A stretch of DNA of 64,000 nucleotides from assembly GCA_976551045.1 (NCBI GenBank), contig CDPCPM010000233.1, positions 9,300,001-9,364,000 of the forward strand. Direction: 5' to 3'. The DNA comes from Glaucostegus cemiculus (taxonomy: Eukaryota). A program made the translations under genes and the position numbers. Below the pieces are notes generated by a model. That model had not been told where the DNA came from. It did no database searches and saw only the letters and a program-made list of their open reading frames with translations. This document shows, piece by piece, positions 37,398-48,931 of this stretch (within the stretch, counting starts at the first letter, position 1; every line of letters begins with the position of its first letter).

Positions 37398-38787
37398 TCA
37401 GAATCAGAATCAGTTTTATTGTCACAACCATATACATACATAGTATGCATAGGAGCGAGATACCGTCCTCCTCAGGTGCTCGTCCCATAAAAAAATAACA
37501 TAACAACCAACAGAGAGACACATACACACTTGGCAGAATACACAGTACAAAACATTACACATTAGAAGCTATGGAGATTGAAATTAAATTATTACGCAGA
37601 TTAAATTAAAAATGGCCAGTAAATAAATAAATAGTTCTTAAAGTGAACGGGCTAGTGTCGGGCATTTAAAGTGCTGGTGCATTTCTGTGCACCTAGCATC
37701 TCTTAGTGTTAACAAAGGAAGATGGAGGGATGAGAGAGTTTGCAGTTCTGATGGCTTGCGGAAAGAAGCTATTGTTCAGCCTGGATGTTCTTGCCCTGAT
37801 ACATTTAAGCCTCCTCCCTGATGGCAAAATTGTGAAGAGGTGGTGGGAGGGGTGAGAAGGGTCGGCCATTATGCTTTTGGTCTTCCTCACACAACGGTCT
37901 TTGTATATGTCTGCGAGGGATGGAAGCGAGACACCTATGATCCACTCCGCAGCCCTAACTATCTTCTGGAGGGACTTCCGCCCAGCAGCTGAGCAGCTTC
38001 CAAACCAAACAGTGATACATTGAGTTAGGATGCTCTCAATGGTCCCCCTGAAGAAGGATTTCATGACTGAGGGATGTGGGTACGCTTTCCTCAGTCTCCG
38101 CAGGAAGTAGCGGCGTTTCTGAGCCTTCTTCGTGAGGGCCGTAATGTTAATGGACCAGGTCAGGTCGTCGGTGATGTGCACCCCCAGGAACTTGGTGCTG
38201 CGTACTTGTTCCACAACAGACCCGTTGATGGTCAGTGGGGCGTGCACACGATGACCCCTCCTAAAATCCACTATCATCTCCTTGGTTTTATCCACATTCA
38301 AGGAGAGGTTGTTGTCATGGCACCACACGGCTAGTTGGTTCACCTCCTCTCTGTAGTCAGACTCATCGTCATTCGTGACAAGACCCACCACTGTCGTGTC
38401 ATCGGCAAATTTAACAATGCGGTTGGAGCTGAATCTGGCCTCACAGTCGTGGGTCAACAAGGTGAACAGGAGCGGACTGAGCACACAACCCTGAGGGGAG
38501 CTAGTGCTCAGTGTGATGGTGCTTGAGGTGTTTTCACCAATTTTGACTGACTGCGGCCTGCAAATTAGAAAATCCAGTATCCAGTTGCAGAGAGGAGAGT
38601 TAATGCCCAGAGCGCTCAACTTCCTGATAAGCTGTTGCGGGATGATGGTATTGAAAGCGGAGCTAAAGTCGATGAATAGCAGTCGGCAGTATGAGTCCTT
38701 CTTCTCTAAGTGATGTAGTGTGGAGTGCATGGCAGAGGAGACTGCATCATCGGTGGACCTGTTTGCCCGATAAGCATACTGATGATG
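37398..38787 (-). mobile_element. Young Rex1/Babar-type LINE, 5'-truncated, RT reading frame uninterrupted
   Basis: 368-aa ORF: [42 protein letters not shown]; (ATTCTG)n tail. Confidence 0.95.
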
Positions 38788-39039
38788 ATTTCCAGACACA
38801 GTTGATGATTATAACAGTGATGCCTTTCATAGGACCACAAAATTTTATTCCTTATGTAGCATCTGTAGCCTCTTCATTGCTGCTCATTTTTAAGGAAAAT
38901 AACAAGATAGAACTATCAACAGAACATCTTTTATCAAAAGTAGTAAATACTCATTCATTTCCATAGCTGAAATTATATAATTAATTAATTGACAATGGAA
39001 ATATATATGTACAACTTTAAATTTGACCTAATATAATTT

Positions 39040-41760
39040 CACAGTCCATTAGTCTCCTTGTCAACACACCCTTCACTATAAGATGTATCTAATATTTTTG
39101 AAGCATCCACTCCAGTTACTGATGACTCCAGTAACTCATTTCTTTAGATGGGCTGCATACACTTCTGGCTTCCCATTATGCTCTGCAATTGTTGCTTCAT
39201 CAAAATCATGAATAAATAGTATTACATACTCTTAAACGCCATGTTTCTGGTATTACCTGTAAAAATCAATCAGTTTGCATTAAACTTAATACAGAACTAG
39301 TGACTTTCATCATCTGCTACGGTGGTTACACTTATACATTGTAATTGATGTATTACTTGATAGTATGAACTCAGTCTCCATCTTTATGCTGGTGTTCACA
39401 ATATCTTGAATTCTGACTCCCGCTCTGACCTCCTGCAGTTACTGGACTTATCCTTTTCCCACCATTCCTTTCGATGTCACAAAGTCACCTCCTCTAAATT
39501 TCCATTTCTGAATTATCTCCAAGGATTTTAATTCTGTTACAGCTGTTTTCTGTCTGTCTAGGCACATTCTGGTTATATTGTATTGGGCTGACAAGTCCAT
39601 ATCTGCTGTAACATCACTCTTGGAACCTTCAGAGTATTCAAACTGCCTTTGTTTTATGATGTGGTTCTCTCTTATCAATTCAATCAGTGCTTGATTCAGA
39701 CCATTCAGCATTTCTGTAAACAATAGATGACCAAACAATTTGCAGACAATGAACTCTTCCCTAGAATTCATGATATCCCATCATCACTATCAGTATTGTC
39801 TGTACTGTAAAAGCTTTGTCACCTTGTAATGGCAGAGCCATTGCTCTGAAACCTCTGGGAACTGGCTCTCTCATACTGTTTAAACAGATTATGGATTCTT
39901 CCCCAGAGTTACGTGCCATCAAGGTTTGCAAACAGTCTCATTATTCAGGGAAGGCAAAATCATTGTCAAAGAGCTGCCTTGCCTTGGGTTACTTAAAATA
40001 GATTGTCCTTCATGAGTCCCAGAGTCTAACATGTTCCCCTTTAAGTTCTCCAAACTAAAGGTGTAGCCACGGACACTCACATCAGCCCCAGCTATGCCTG
40101 CCTTTTCAATGGCTATGTAGAACAGTCCATGTTCCAAGCCTATACTGGTAACATTCCCCAACTCTTTCTCCACTACATTGATGACTGCATTGGGGCTGCT
40201 TCCTGCACCTGTGCTGAACTCAATTTCATCAACTTTGCCTCTAACTTCCACCCTGCCCTCAAATTGACTTGTTCCATCTCTGACACCTCCCTCCCTCTCT
40301 CTGTCTCCATCTCCAGAGACAGATTAACCACAGACATCTTTTACAAACCCACTAACTCCCAGTTACCTCAGCTACACCTCTTCCCACCCTGTCACTTGCA
40401 AGGATGCCATCCCCTTCTCCCAGTTCCTCCACCTCTGCTGCATCTGTTCCCATGATGAGGCTTTCCACTCCAGGACATCTGACATGTCCTCTTTTTTCAG
40501 TAAATGGGGGTTCCTTTCCACAATCATTAATGCTGCCCTCACCCATACCTCTGCCATTTCCTGCACATCTGCCCTCACCCCATCCACCCCCCACCAGACA
40601 TAACAGGAACAGGGTTCCCCTTGTCCTCACCTACCACCCCATGAGCCTCCGTATCCAACACATCATTCTCTGCAACTTCCACCACCTCCAACAGGATCCC
40701 ACCACCAGACACATCTTCCCCTCCCCCCTTCTTTCCGCATTCCACAGGGATCACTCTCTCCATGACTCTCTTGTCCACTCATTCCTCCCCACTGATGACC
40801 CTCACGACACTTATCCCTGCAACCACACTAAGTGCTACACCAATCCCTGCACCTCCTCCTTCACTACCATTCAGTGCCCTAGACAATCCTTCCAGGTGAG
40901 ACAGCACTTCACCTGTGAATGCGAGAGTGTCATTTATTGCATCAGGTGCTCCCAAGTGCAGCATCCTCTACATCGGTGAGATCTAACGCAGATTGGGTGA
41001 TTCCTTCGTTGAGCACTTTCACTCCATCCGCCACAAGAGCCAAGATCTTCCAGTGGGCAGACACTTCAATTCCACATCCCACTCCCATACTGACACGTCT
41101 ATCCACGGCTCCTCTACTGCCACCTTGAGGCCAGAGGCAGGTTGGAGGAACATCACCTCATATTCTGCCTTAGGAGTCTCCAACCTGATGGCCTCAACAT
41201 CGATTTCTCTAACTTCTGGTAACCCTTCCTTGTCTGACATTTCATCTGTAGTCCATGGTGCTAGTAGACTCAGCAACATCTTATATTTGTCTGACCCAGC
41301 AACAGCAATAATACTACCTTCCTTTTCTTGTATTATGTCCAAGTTGTTCTGCTCTGTCTCCATCCCTTGCGCCACAATGATACTATTTAACCTCACAAAG
41401 GTTTCCACTGAATCCATATATAGGGCAAATAGCTGAGTATGAGTTTTCAAACTGACCAACATATCCATCATGTCTGACATATCATGTCCACTGTCTGACA
41501 CCAGTGCTGTTCTACCTGGAAACACCCACTCTCTATCTACTTCACACTGGATCACTGTTCTGTTTTGTCCAGAGGCAGGAAATTCCCACGTTCCATGCCA
41601 ATGTCTCAGTTGTAGCTTCTTTATTGTTGTTGCTTACCCTGGCAAATGACATTTGTAGAGCTATCAACAGAAGATCCTTTATCGAAGACAGCAAACTCTC
41701 AACCAACAGCAGTATCTGATACAACAATGTATCAAAAGTCATACCACATGGTACACTCAG
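39040..41760 (-). mobile_element. Highly decayed Ty3/Gypsy gag(-protease) relic, split by the Penelope element at 40046-41222
   Basis: 41223-41555 encodes FALYMDSVETFVRLNSI...IIAVAGSDKYKMLLSLLAP, resembling Gypsy Gag W..YVERLE.FF.AN.I...LLSV.G..TYKLLRSLLAP. The 39040-40045 part is much weaker. Confidence 0.45.
40046..41222 (+). mobile_element. Penelope-like element RT plus GIY-YIG fragment (frameshifted)
   Basis: QTKGVA...PSYA, FLHYIDDCIG, TDIFYKPT, RVPLVLTYHP, FQVRQHFTC..VIYCIRC...LYIGE; ends LGSLQPDGLNIDFSNFW*. Confidence 0.92.
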
Positions 41761-43009
41761 CTCTTAAAAGTAGTTACAATTAATACATCAGAGTATAGAA
41801 AATGCATTTGAATTTCTTTTGTATTCATACTCCATAGATGGCTGTGTTAGGTATCAAAGTTTAATGGAGACCTGAACAGATTTATTTGAAACATTGTTTT
41901 TACATGAAGCAAAGCTTAAAAGCTATTAAATATGTCATTTGGAGCTTCTCAGTCATTTGTCTTCAGTAGTCTGACTGCAGTTCCACCGCCACAAATCTTT
42001 GATTGCATCATATCCTACAGTGTAGTCAATTTTGCATTGGACAGTAAAGATTAAAAAGATGTAACAGATCAGTGGTGCGATTAATGTAATAACAACACAG
42101 ACTTACGTAGATGGTGATGCAACAGTTATTACCTATTCATGAAGCAAATGTGTCTTGCATATACAGCAGGAATGCTAATTGAACATTTACGGGTAAAGGT
42201 TAATTATTTCAATTTGTGTCTGACTCAGTTTCCTTTACACCAACATTAATGGAATGCCAAAACATTGATTTAATCTATAATGTCACAAATGTTCTTCTAA
42301 TACAGAGACTCAATTCATGCAAATAACTCTCTTTGGAGTGCAGCTCCACAGAGAGAGAAAACTCGCCAACAATTTTAAATTAAAAGGCAAGTTCACCATA
42401 CCCATTGATTATGAAATTTCTTTTTACCCTTCACTGGCCAAATGTATAAATATTTAATTTTTCACCTTTCATCCATTACTTTAGGCACATTACACATGCA
42501 AATACGAAATGAAATCAGGCAAAGGCTGTATGGCCCCTTGGACCTGTTCTGCCATTCAATAGATCATGGCTGAATCAATCATGCCCTTGGCCCTCTTTCC
42601 TGCTTGTTCCCTTTGACTTTCCTGTAGATTAAACATTGGTTTATCCTGGCTTTCAATATATCCAATAGGCTCCACAGTTCACTGAAATTCAAATGTCCAT
42701 GACCTCCTGATTACAGGTGTACTTAATTTTTTGATAAATAATTGATAATGAATAGTCTTACTTCTTAAAATAAAACCTTTCACATGTTATGTAAAAAAAT
42801 AAATAACAATTTTTCACAAATAGATGTTGTTGTGTACATTTAAAGGCTCTTGTAAATCCTTTACAACATGAAAAAAATAAATCAAACATACCTGTGATTC
42901 AGACTGCACGGGAGAAAACTGATGCTTTCGTACCTGACGCTGACGTACAAAAGCCATCTGAGAGCCTCACCTTACATATATGTGCTTCTATGTGTTTTTT
43001 TTTTCTCAG

Positions 43010-43990
43010 CTGTGGTTTCCCTCACCATAGTTGACTAATCTCCCAATTGTGGCATCTCCATTTCCCATACTTCAGTTCTCCCAATCTAGGTTTCCAACCA
43101 GTGAAAGGATAGGATTCCCTTTGGCTGTACCTTCCATCCCACCAGCCTCCTCATTCAACAGATCATCTCCATAAGTTACGGCTCCTCTAACATGGTGCTA
43201 CCATGTGACACATCTGCCTCTCCCCTCCTCTTACAGCATTCTGAAGGAAGAGTTCTCTCCATGAAGTTCTAGACCATTTTTCCATCTTCTCATTCCCTAT
43301 TTTACAGAACTTTCCCATGCAACTGCAGTCAATGTTACACAACCTTTTTACCCTTTCCCTTTGCTGACAAAGTGTGGCACTTCTTCCAAATTAGTGCATC
43401 TTATTCAGCGCTCTTGATGTGATCTCTTCTGGGGAAAGCAATTGCAGATTGGGTGAATACTCTACAGACCAGCTCCATTTGGTCTGCCATTGTCCTTCTG
43501 AGGAGTCAGTTGCCTGTCTCTTTGTTCTCCATCCCATTTCTACTCTAACCTCTCTCTGTCCTCAGGATCTTACACTGTTCCAATGAAACTGAACAAAGGA
43601 CACATGATTTTCTATCTTGGGACTTCATATATTTTCTTACAACACAGAAGGAGGACATTTAGCCCATCAAGTTGATCTGGGTTTCAGAGCAATCCTGTTC
43701 TCCCACTTATTTTCCTGTAAGCTATTCTCTCACTAATGTCCAACAATTCCACCTTGATTAATCTACTACCCACCTACATTAGGGGGATCTTTACAATAAT
43801 CAATCAACTTACCAGCAAGTCTTTAGGATGTGAGAGGAAACTGAAATCAGTCATAGGGAAAATGTGCAAAATCCATCGTACCAGAGGTCAAGGTTGAAAC
43901 TTTGATTCTCTCTCCAGAGATGCTGCCTGATCTGCTGAGTGTGTCTAATATTTTCAAGCAAATTGCAGTACTTTGGTTTTGGATTTCTGA
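43010..43990 (+). mobile_element. Decayed Penelope-like element (~43010-43625 and terminal repeat ~43905-43990), split by a SINE
   Basis: TFHPTSLLIQQII-like segment; gcagattgggtga; terminal ctctccagagatgctgcctgatctgctgagt. Confidence 0.7.
43640..43900 (-). mobile_element. Decayed V-SINE with CR1-type tail
   Basis: tctttaggatgtgagaggaaactg (antisense V domain); the tail end cagaaggaggacatttagcccatc is an antisense CR1 tail. Confidence 0.6.
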
Positions 43991-44829
43991 TTTATTATTG
44001 TCTGCTGGGACTCTATGCACCTGCAAAAGAAATCCCTATTTGGGAAAGAGTTAGAGTTTTATGATATATGTTAACCATTATCATCAAGATTGTTCAGACA
44101 TCTGCAAGTATTTATGTAGAACGGAGGAAGGTAGGAATTGTTGGTTAACAAAAAAAAGAAAGACTAAGGTACATATGGTTCATCTTTTAACATTCTCTTT
44201 GTTGCATGATAGAATGAAAATATTTTTGTTGACTAATCATAATAATTGGTCATTATTAATTAACCTACAATGGATCTAAGCAAGCTGAATGGTCAACGCA
44301 ATGGTGAAAAGCTTTGGGACAAATGTCACTTATTCCTACTGATGAAGACTTTTTATAGGAAGTTAAAATAACTGTTCAAGAAACATTTCATGAAGGTTAG
44401 CTGAATTCAAAAGTTACTCTACAAACTGAAAAGTTTGAGTCATGAAAGGAAACTACCATTAACTCCAGATGTTGTTTGCGAAACCACGAGAGAGAATGAG
44501 AAATTCCTGGATATATAGCAATAGTATGAGAAGAGCCACTTAAAATGGAATAATGAGACAGTTCACAGGACTAGCAGAATACTTTCCATGAAATTAGAAA
44601 ATCACCACTCCAGATGTAAAGCAATACTATCCTCTCTGATTCCTGCTGTAGAAAATATGATCATGCTGAGTTTTGAGTTATACCATTCAATAAGAGCTTG
44701 TATAAATCTCAGACTGTGAAACCTGTTGGGGGTTATTTTGGCCAAGGCAGACAAGTGTACTACAGGTCATATTATTGGCCTTAAAGGGGCTTTGGCGCAA
44801 GTACAGCAAATGCTTGCCAGAACACGATA

Positions 44830-44997
44830 GCAATGTCTAAGAGTCATTTAGACAGGTACATGAATAGGCAGGGGATGGAGGGATATAGACCATGATCAGG
44901 CAGATGGGATTAGCTTAAATTGGCGTCATGATTGGCACAGACATCATGGGCTGAAAGGCCTGTTCCTGTGCTGTATCGTTCTGTGTTCCATGTTCTA
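44830..44997 (+). mobile_element. CR1 3' tail
   Basis: ttagacaggtacatgaatagg...atgggctgaaaggcctgttcctgtgctgta...tgttcta. Confidence 0.8.
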
Positions 44998-46894
44998 GGA
45001 TATTCAAGTGTATGTATTTGTAACATTAGACAATGAACAGCACCATTGTACCTGATTGCCATTTGGAGCTCAGTGCTAAAACTAATGCCTCCCCTTAAGC
45101 TCACACAGCTGAATGTGCATTTAGCAGCAGAACAGAACTCTCCCGCAACTCCTATCTGCCCCCTCCTCCCCACCCACCAGTCCATTTAGAAGGATCATGA
45201 AGTTCTTGCAGACTAGCTGATTGGTTTTGACAAGTTGTTGCTGCAAATCTACAAGTAGTGAAAGGATTGGAAAGTTTTGAAATAAAGGACGGGAGTTTAA
45301 CTCTGGCATCTGCCTAATGCAATTTTACTTTTAACCCTTTGCTTCCTCAGAATTCTTAGCAACATCCTCCACATATTTAGCAGTGAGATCTTGCATCAGA
45401 TGAGTTGTGAGCCATTGTAGCAGTTGGTGTTTTGCCTGGGGAGATGATATTGTTTCAGGTATGGAGCAGAGACTATTCATTGCACAAGGCATTGCAATTC
45501 AGTATGACAGGTTGGATGAACTACAGTGTCTTTATTCTCCCTTCACTACATTCAAAATTTGGTAGTGTGCAGGCCTTGGCTTATCACATTTAGTGTATGT
45601 TAAGAACATAGTGAGAACGTATCCTGTTAAGAACATGTTGAGGACGTAACCTGTGCAAATAACCACATATAAGCTGAACACTAATGCAGCAAAAGATCTT
45701 ACCGTTCATGTAAAGGGTGTATTCATTTCAAACCTGTAAATAAGTCTCAAATGCTGAGGGGTTGAATATTAAGCTTTATGAGAAAAACATTGAACTCACT
45801 AGTGCATACATAGCGATGGACTAAGATATTTCAGCCCATTGCCTCTTCACAGTTTCTGTTTTGACAAATTTAAATGATATTCTGTAACAGTACTCCATCT
45901 CAATTCGCATTTATGTAAAATCATACAAAAGAGAATATAACATTGAGATTTTCATGACTGAGGCATAACCTAGATCTGTCACCATCACATCTAACTCTGA
46001 ATTCTAGGCTACACCTCACCCTCCTTTACTATTTGACTGATAGAGAAGCCCTAAGTCATAATCTGTTGATGAAAAAATAAGAAAAACATTTGAAGAAAAT
46101 AAATGTAAACAAAAAGTTGTCTTCAATGTTTAAACTGCATTAACTTTCCAATTACAATTTCATTAATTAAATATAATTATGTCACAAGAGCAATTAAAGC
46201 AACATTATGCATTGTCTGCGCACATATATAAAACTGTCCCACTTAGACTATGTGAATGACAAGATGTACTATCACTTTTATTCTCTACAACTGCAGAATG
46301 CTAACTGATGCACATGGTAAAAGGAATGGGAGTTCCAGTTTGTCCTCCATGTATAAGTTCACTGGCAGAATGCCAAATAAAAAGTTTTCTTGTAAGTGTG
46401 ACATTTCTGAATCAGTTTTCACAGTTCTGTGCCATAACCTTTGAAATAATGTTTCAAATTTGGTCTTCTGCATGGATTTCTCAAGCAAAAATATTCACTC
46501 TGAAAACCCAACACAGCAAACATCATACTTGGCAAATGAAGTGTCTGGAACACATTTTATCTCAGCAATGAGCTGAAATGAATATTTTATTAACACTTTA
46601 CATTCTAATTTTTGTGCCTATTCTCCTGAAGACGTTGGCTCCTTGCTGGTTTCCTGCTCATGGAAACCCTCCAGTACTTCAGGCAGCTGCTTAACCTACA
46701 TATTGAGTGTCAATAAACTATTTGACCATAAGTTTGATCCTGCACACATATCTTCCTGGAGGACTGGTAATCAGAAGTGAGGCTACCCTTCTCCCTACAG
46801 CAAGGGTTCTGCAGTTAAAAGTTATGCTTAAAATGCTGTTCTGACTGAGATCAAGTGTTTGAGATAACAGATTAAACTTCAGATCTTCAAACAG

Positions 46895-47205
46895 ATGTGC
46901 TTTTCATAAACATGTAATGTTCCAGAACACTTTATCCCCAAGCACATGCTTTTGAAATGCTATTCCAGTTATATAGGAAACATGAGAGGCAATTTCCATA
47001 CAGCATGCTTCCACAAATAAAGTGCAATAATGAACACATACTTTGTTTTAGTGATATGAGCTGGGGGATAAATATTGGTGAAACCTCTGGATTAACTCAC
47101 CTGCTTTTCTTCAAAATAGGAGCTTTTACATCCACCTTACAGAGCAAACGGTGCCTAAATTTAGTGTCTCATCTGAAAGGTAGTATCTCCAACGGAGCAG
47201 TCACA
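46895..47205 (-). mobile_element. DeuSINE (SacSINE1-like) body
   Basis: Antisense Deu domain: gggataaatattgg...cctgcttttcttcaaaatag...ttttacatccacc...gtctcatctgaaag. Confidence 0.7.
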
Positions 47206-47619
47206 GGGACAAACTTACAGCGCAGCCTCAGGCACATAAAGGCATATTTCCAGCTGGTGGAATGGAGACCATTGTGAGAACATAAAGAGGAGGAGCAAGG
47301 GTAAGTTCTCTGGGTAGGCGAGAGGATTTTTCGATACTCTTGAATATTAATCATATAAATACATCAACGTTTTCTTAATTCCTTTTTAAAGTCTGAAGGA
47401 AGCATGGAAAATGGGGCCCTGTTGCGTTTAAAGGGAGACTGGGAAATGGAGTCCCAGTGACTTTAAAGGCAGTGTGGGAAGGGGCCCTGACAAGTTCATA
47501 AGGAACACGGGAAACAGACCAAGGTGAATTTAAAGGTGGTGCATAAGAAGCAAAAACCAATGAATTTAAAAGGAGTACAGGAAGTGGGGCCCTGGATGTA
47601 GATCAGTTGCAGCTAAGGG

Positions 47620-48410
47620 CAGTAAATGGCAGATGGAGTTTAATCCGGGTTGTAAGGTGTTGCACTTTGAGAGGTCAAATGTCAGGGGAAAGTATGCAGT
47701 TAATGGCAGAGGCCTTAATGTCACTGACATACAGATGGATCTTGGGGTCTAAGTCCATAGCTCCCTGAAATGGTAACATGTAGATAAAGAAGCTATATAA
47801 CATGCTTGCCTTCACCAGTCAGGGTGAGTACAAGAGTCAGGAAGTCACGTTGCACCAACATAAAACTTTGGTGTGGCCGCACTTGGAGCATTGTGTGCAG
47901 TTCTGATCATCCCATTACAGGAAGGATGCTGAGGCTTTGGAGAGGGTGCAGAAGATGCTTACCAGGATGCTGCTTGGATTAGAGGGTATCCGCTATAAGG
48001 AGAGGTTGGACAAATTTACGTTGTTTTTTTCTGGAGCGTCAGAGGCTGACAGAAGACCTGATAAAAGTTAATAAAATTATGAGAGGGATAAATGGGGTTG
48101 ATAGCCATAATCTTTTTCCCAGGGCAGAAATGTCAAATACTAGAGGTCATAGGTTTAAGATGAGAGGGGGCAAGTTTAAAGGACAAGTGCAGGGCAAGTT
48201 TTTTTTACACAGAAAGTGGTAGGTGCCTGGAATGCACTGCCAGGGGCAATGCTGGAAGCAGATATGAGAGCGGCATTTAAGAAATTTTTAGATAGGCACA
48301 AGAATATACAGGTAATGGAGGGACACAAATCATATGCAGGCAGAAGAGATTAGTTTAATTTGGGATCACATTTGGCACAGCCATAGTGGGCCAAAGAGCC
48401 TGTTCATGTA
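47620..48410 (+). mobile_element. CR1 3' fragment
   Basis: KWQMEFNP, PHLEHCVQF, LERVQK..TRML, FFTQKVVGAWNALP and the tail. Confidence 0.88.
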
Positions 48411-48931
48411 CCATCAATCTTGGTAATGTCAACAAACTTGGCTACAATGTTGACTTAGTTGGTGTCTCCATTAACTAAGATTGTAAATAGTGAGTTGTCC
48501 CTAATATAATAATTCCATAAAAAATATCTATTGCTCCCATGATTGTGATTCAAGGTAAGACTTCATGGGTATGGAGCAAATTATCAAAAGTAACAGGTTG
48601 TGCAGTAATGTTTACTTGGAAACAAAATAACACAGAGTGTAATGCATCATTTGATTAATGTGCAGCAACAACAGTGGCTTGTTTCATCAGATACCTTTAT
48701 GTTCATGTAATAAATGGATTTGGTTTTAGAACAAGTGTCAAGAGCTCAATGAGTTGCACTTAAAAACAAATTAAGATTTCCCAGGAAAGATATGAGTCAG
48801 ATATCTATGAAGACTATGAATGTCTAGCAGACAGCATACTTCCAAATTATCTGCAGACTAATGTAATAAATTCAAATTTGGGAGTTCAGATAGAGAATAA
48901 ACACTTACCAATAATTTCACATTGTGCATTT

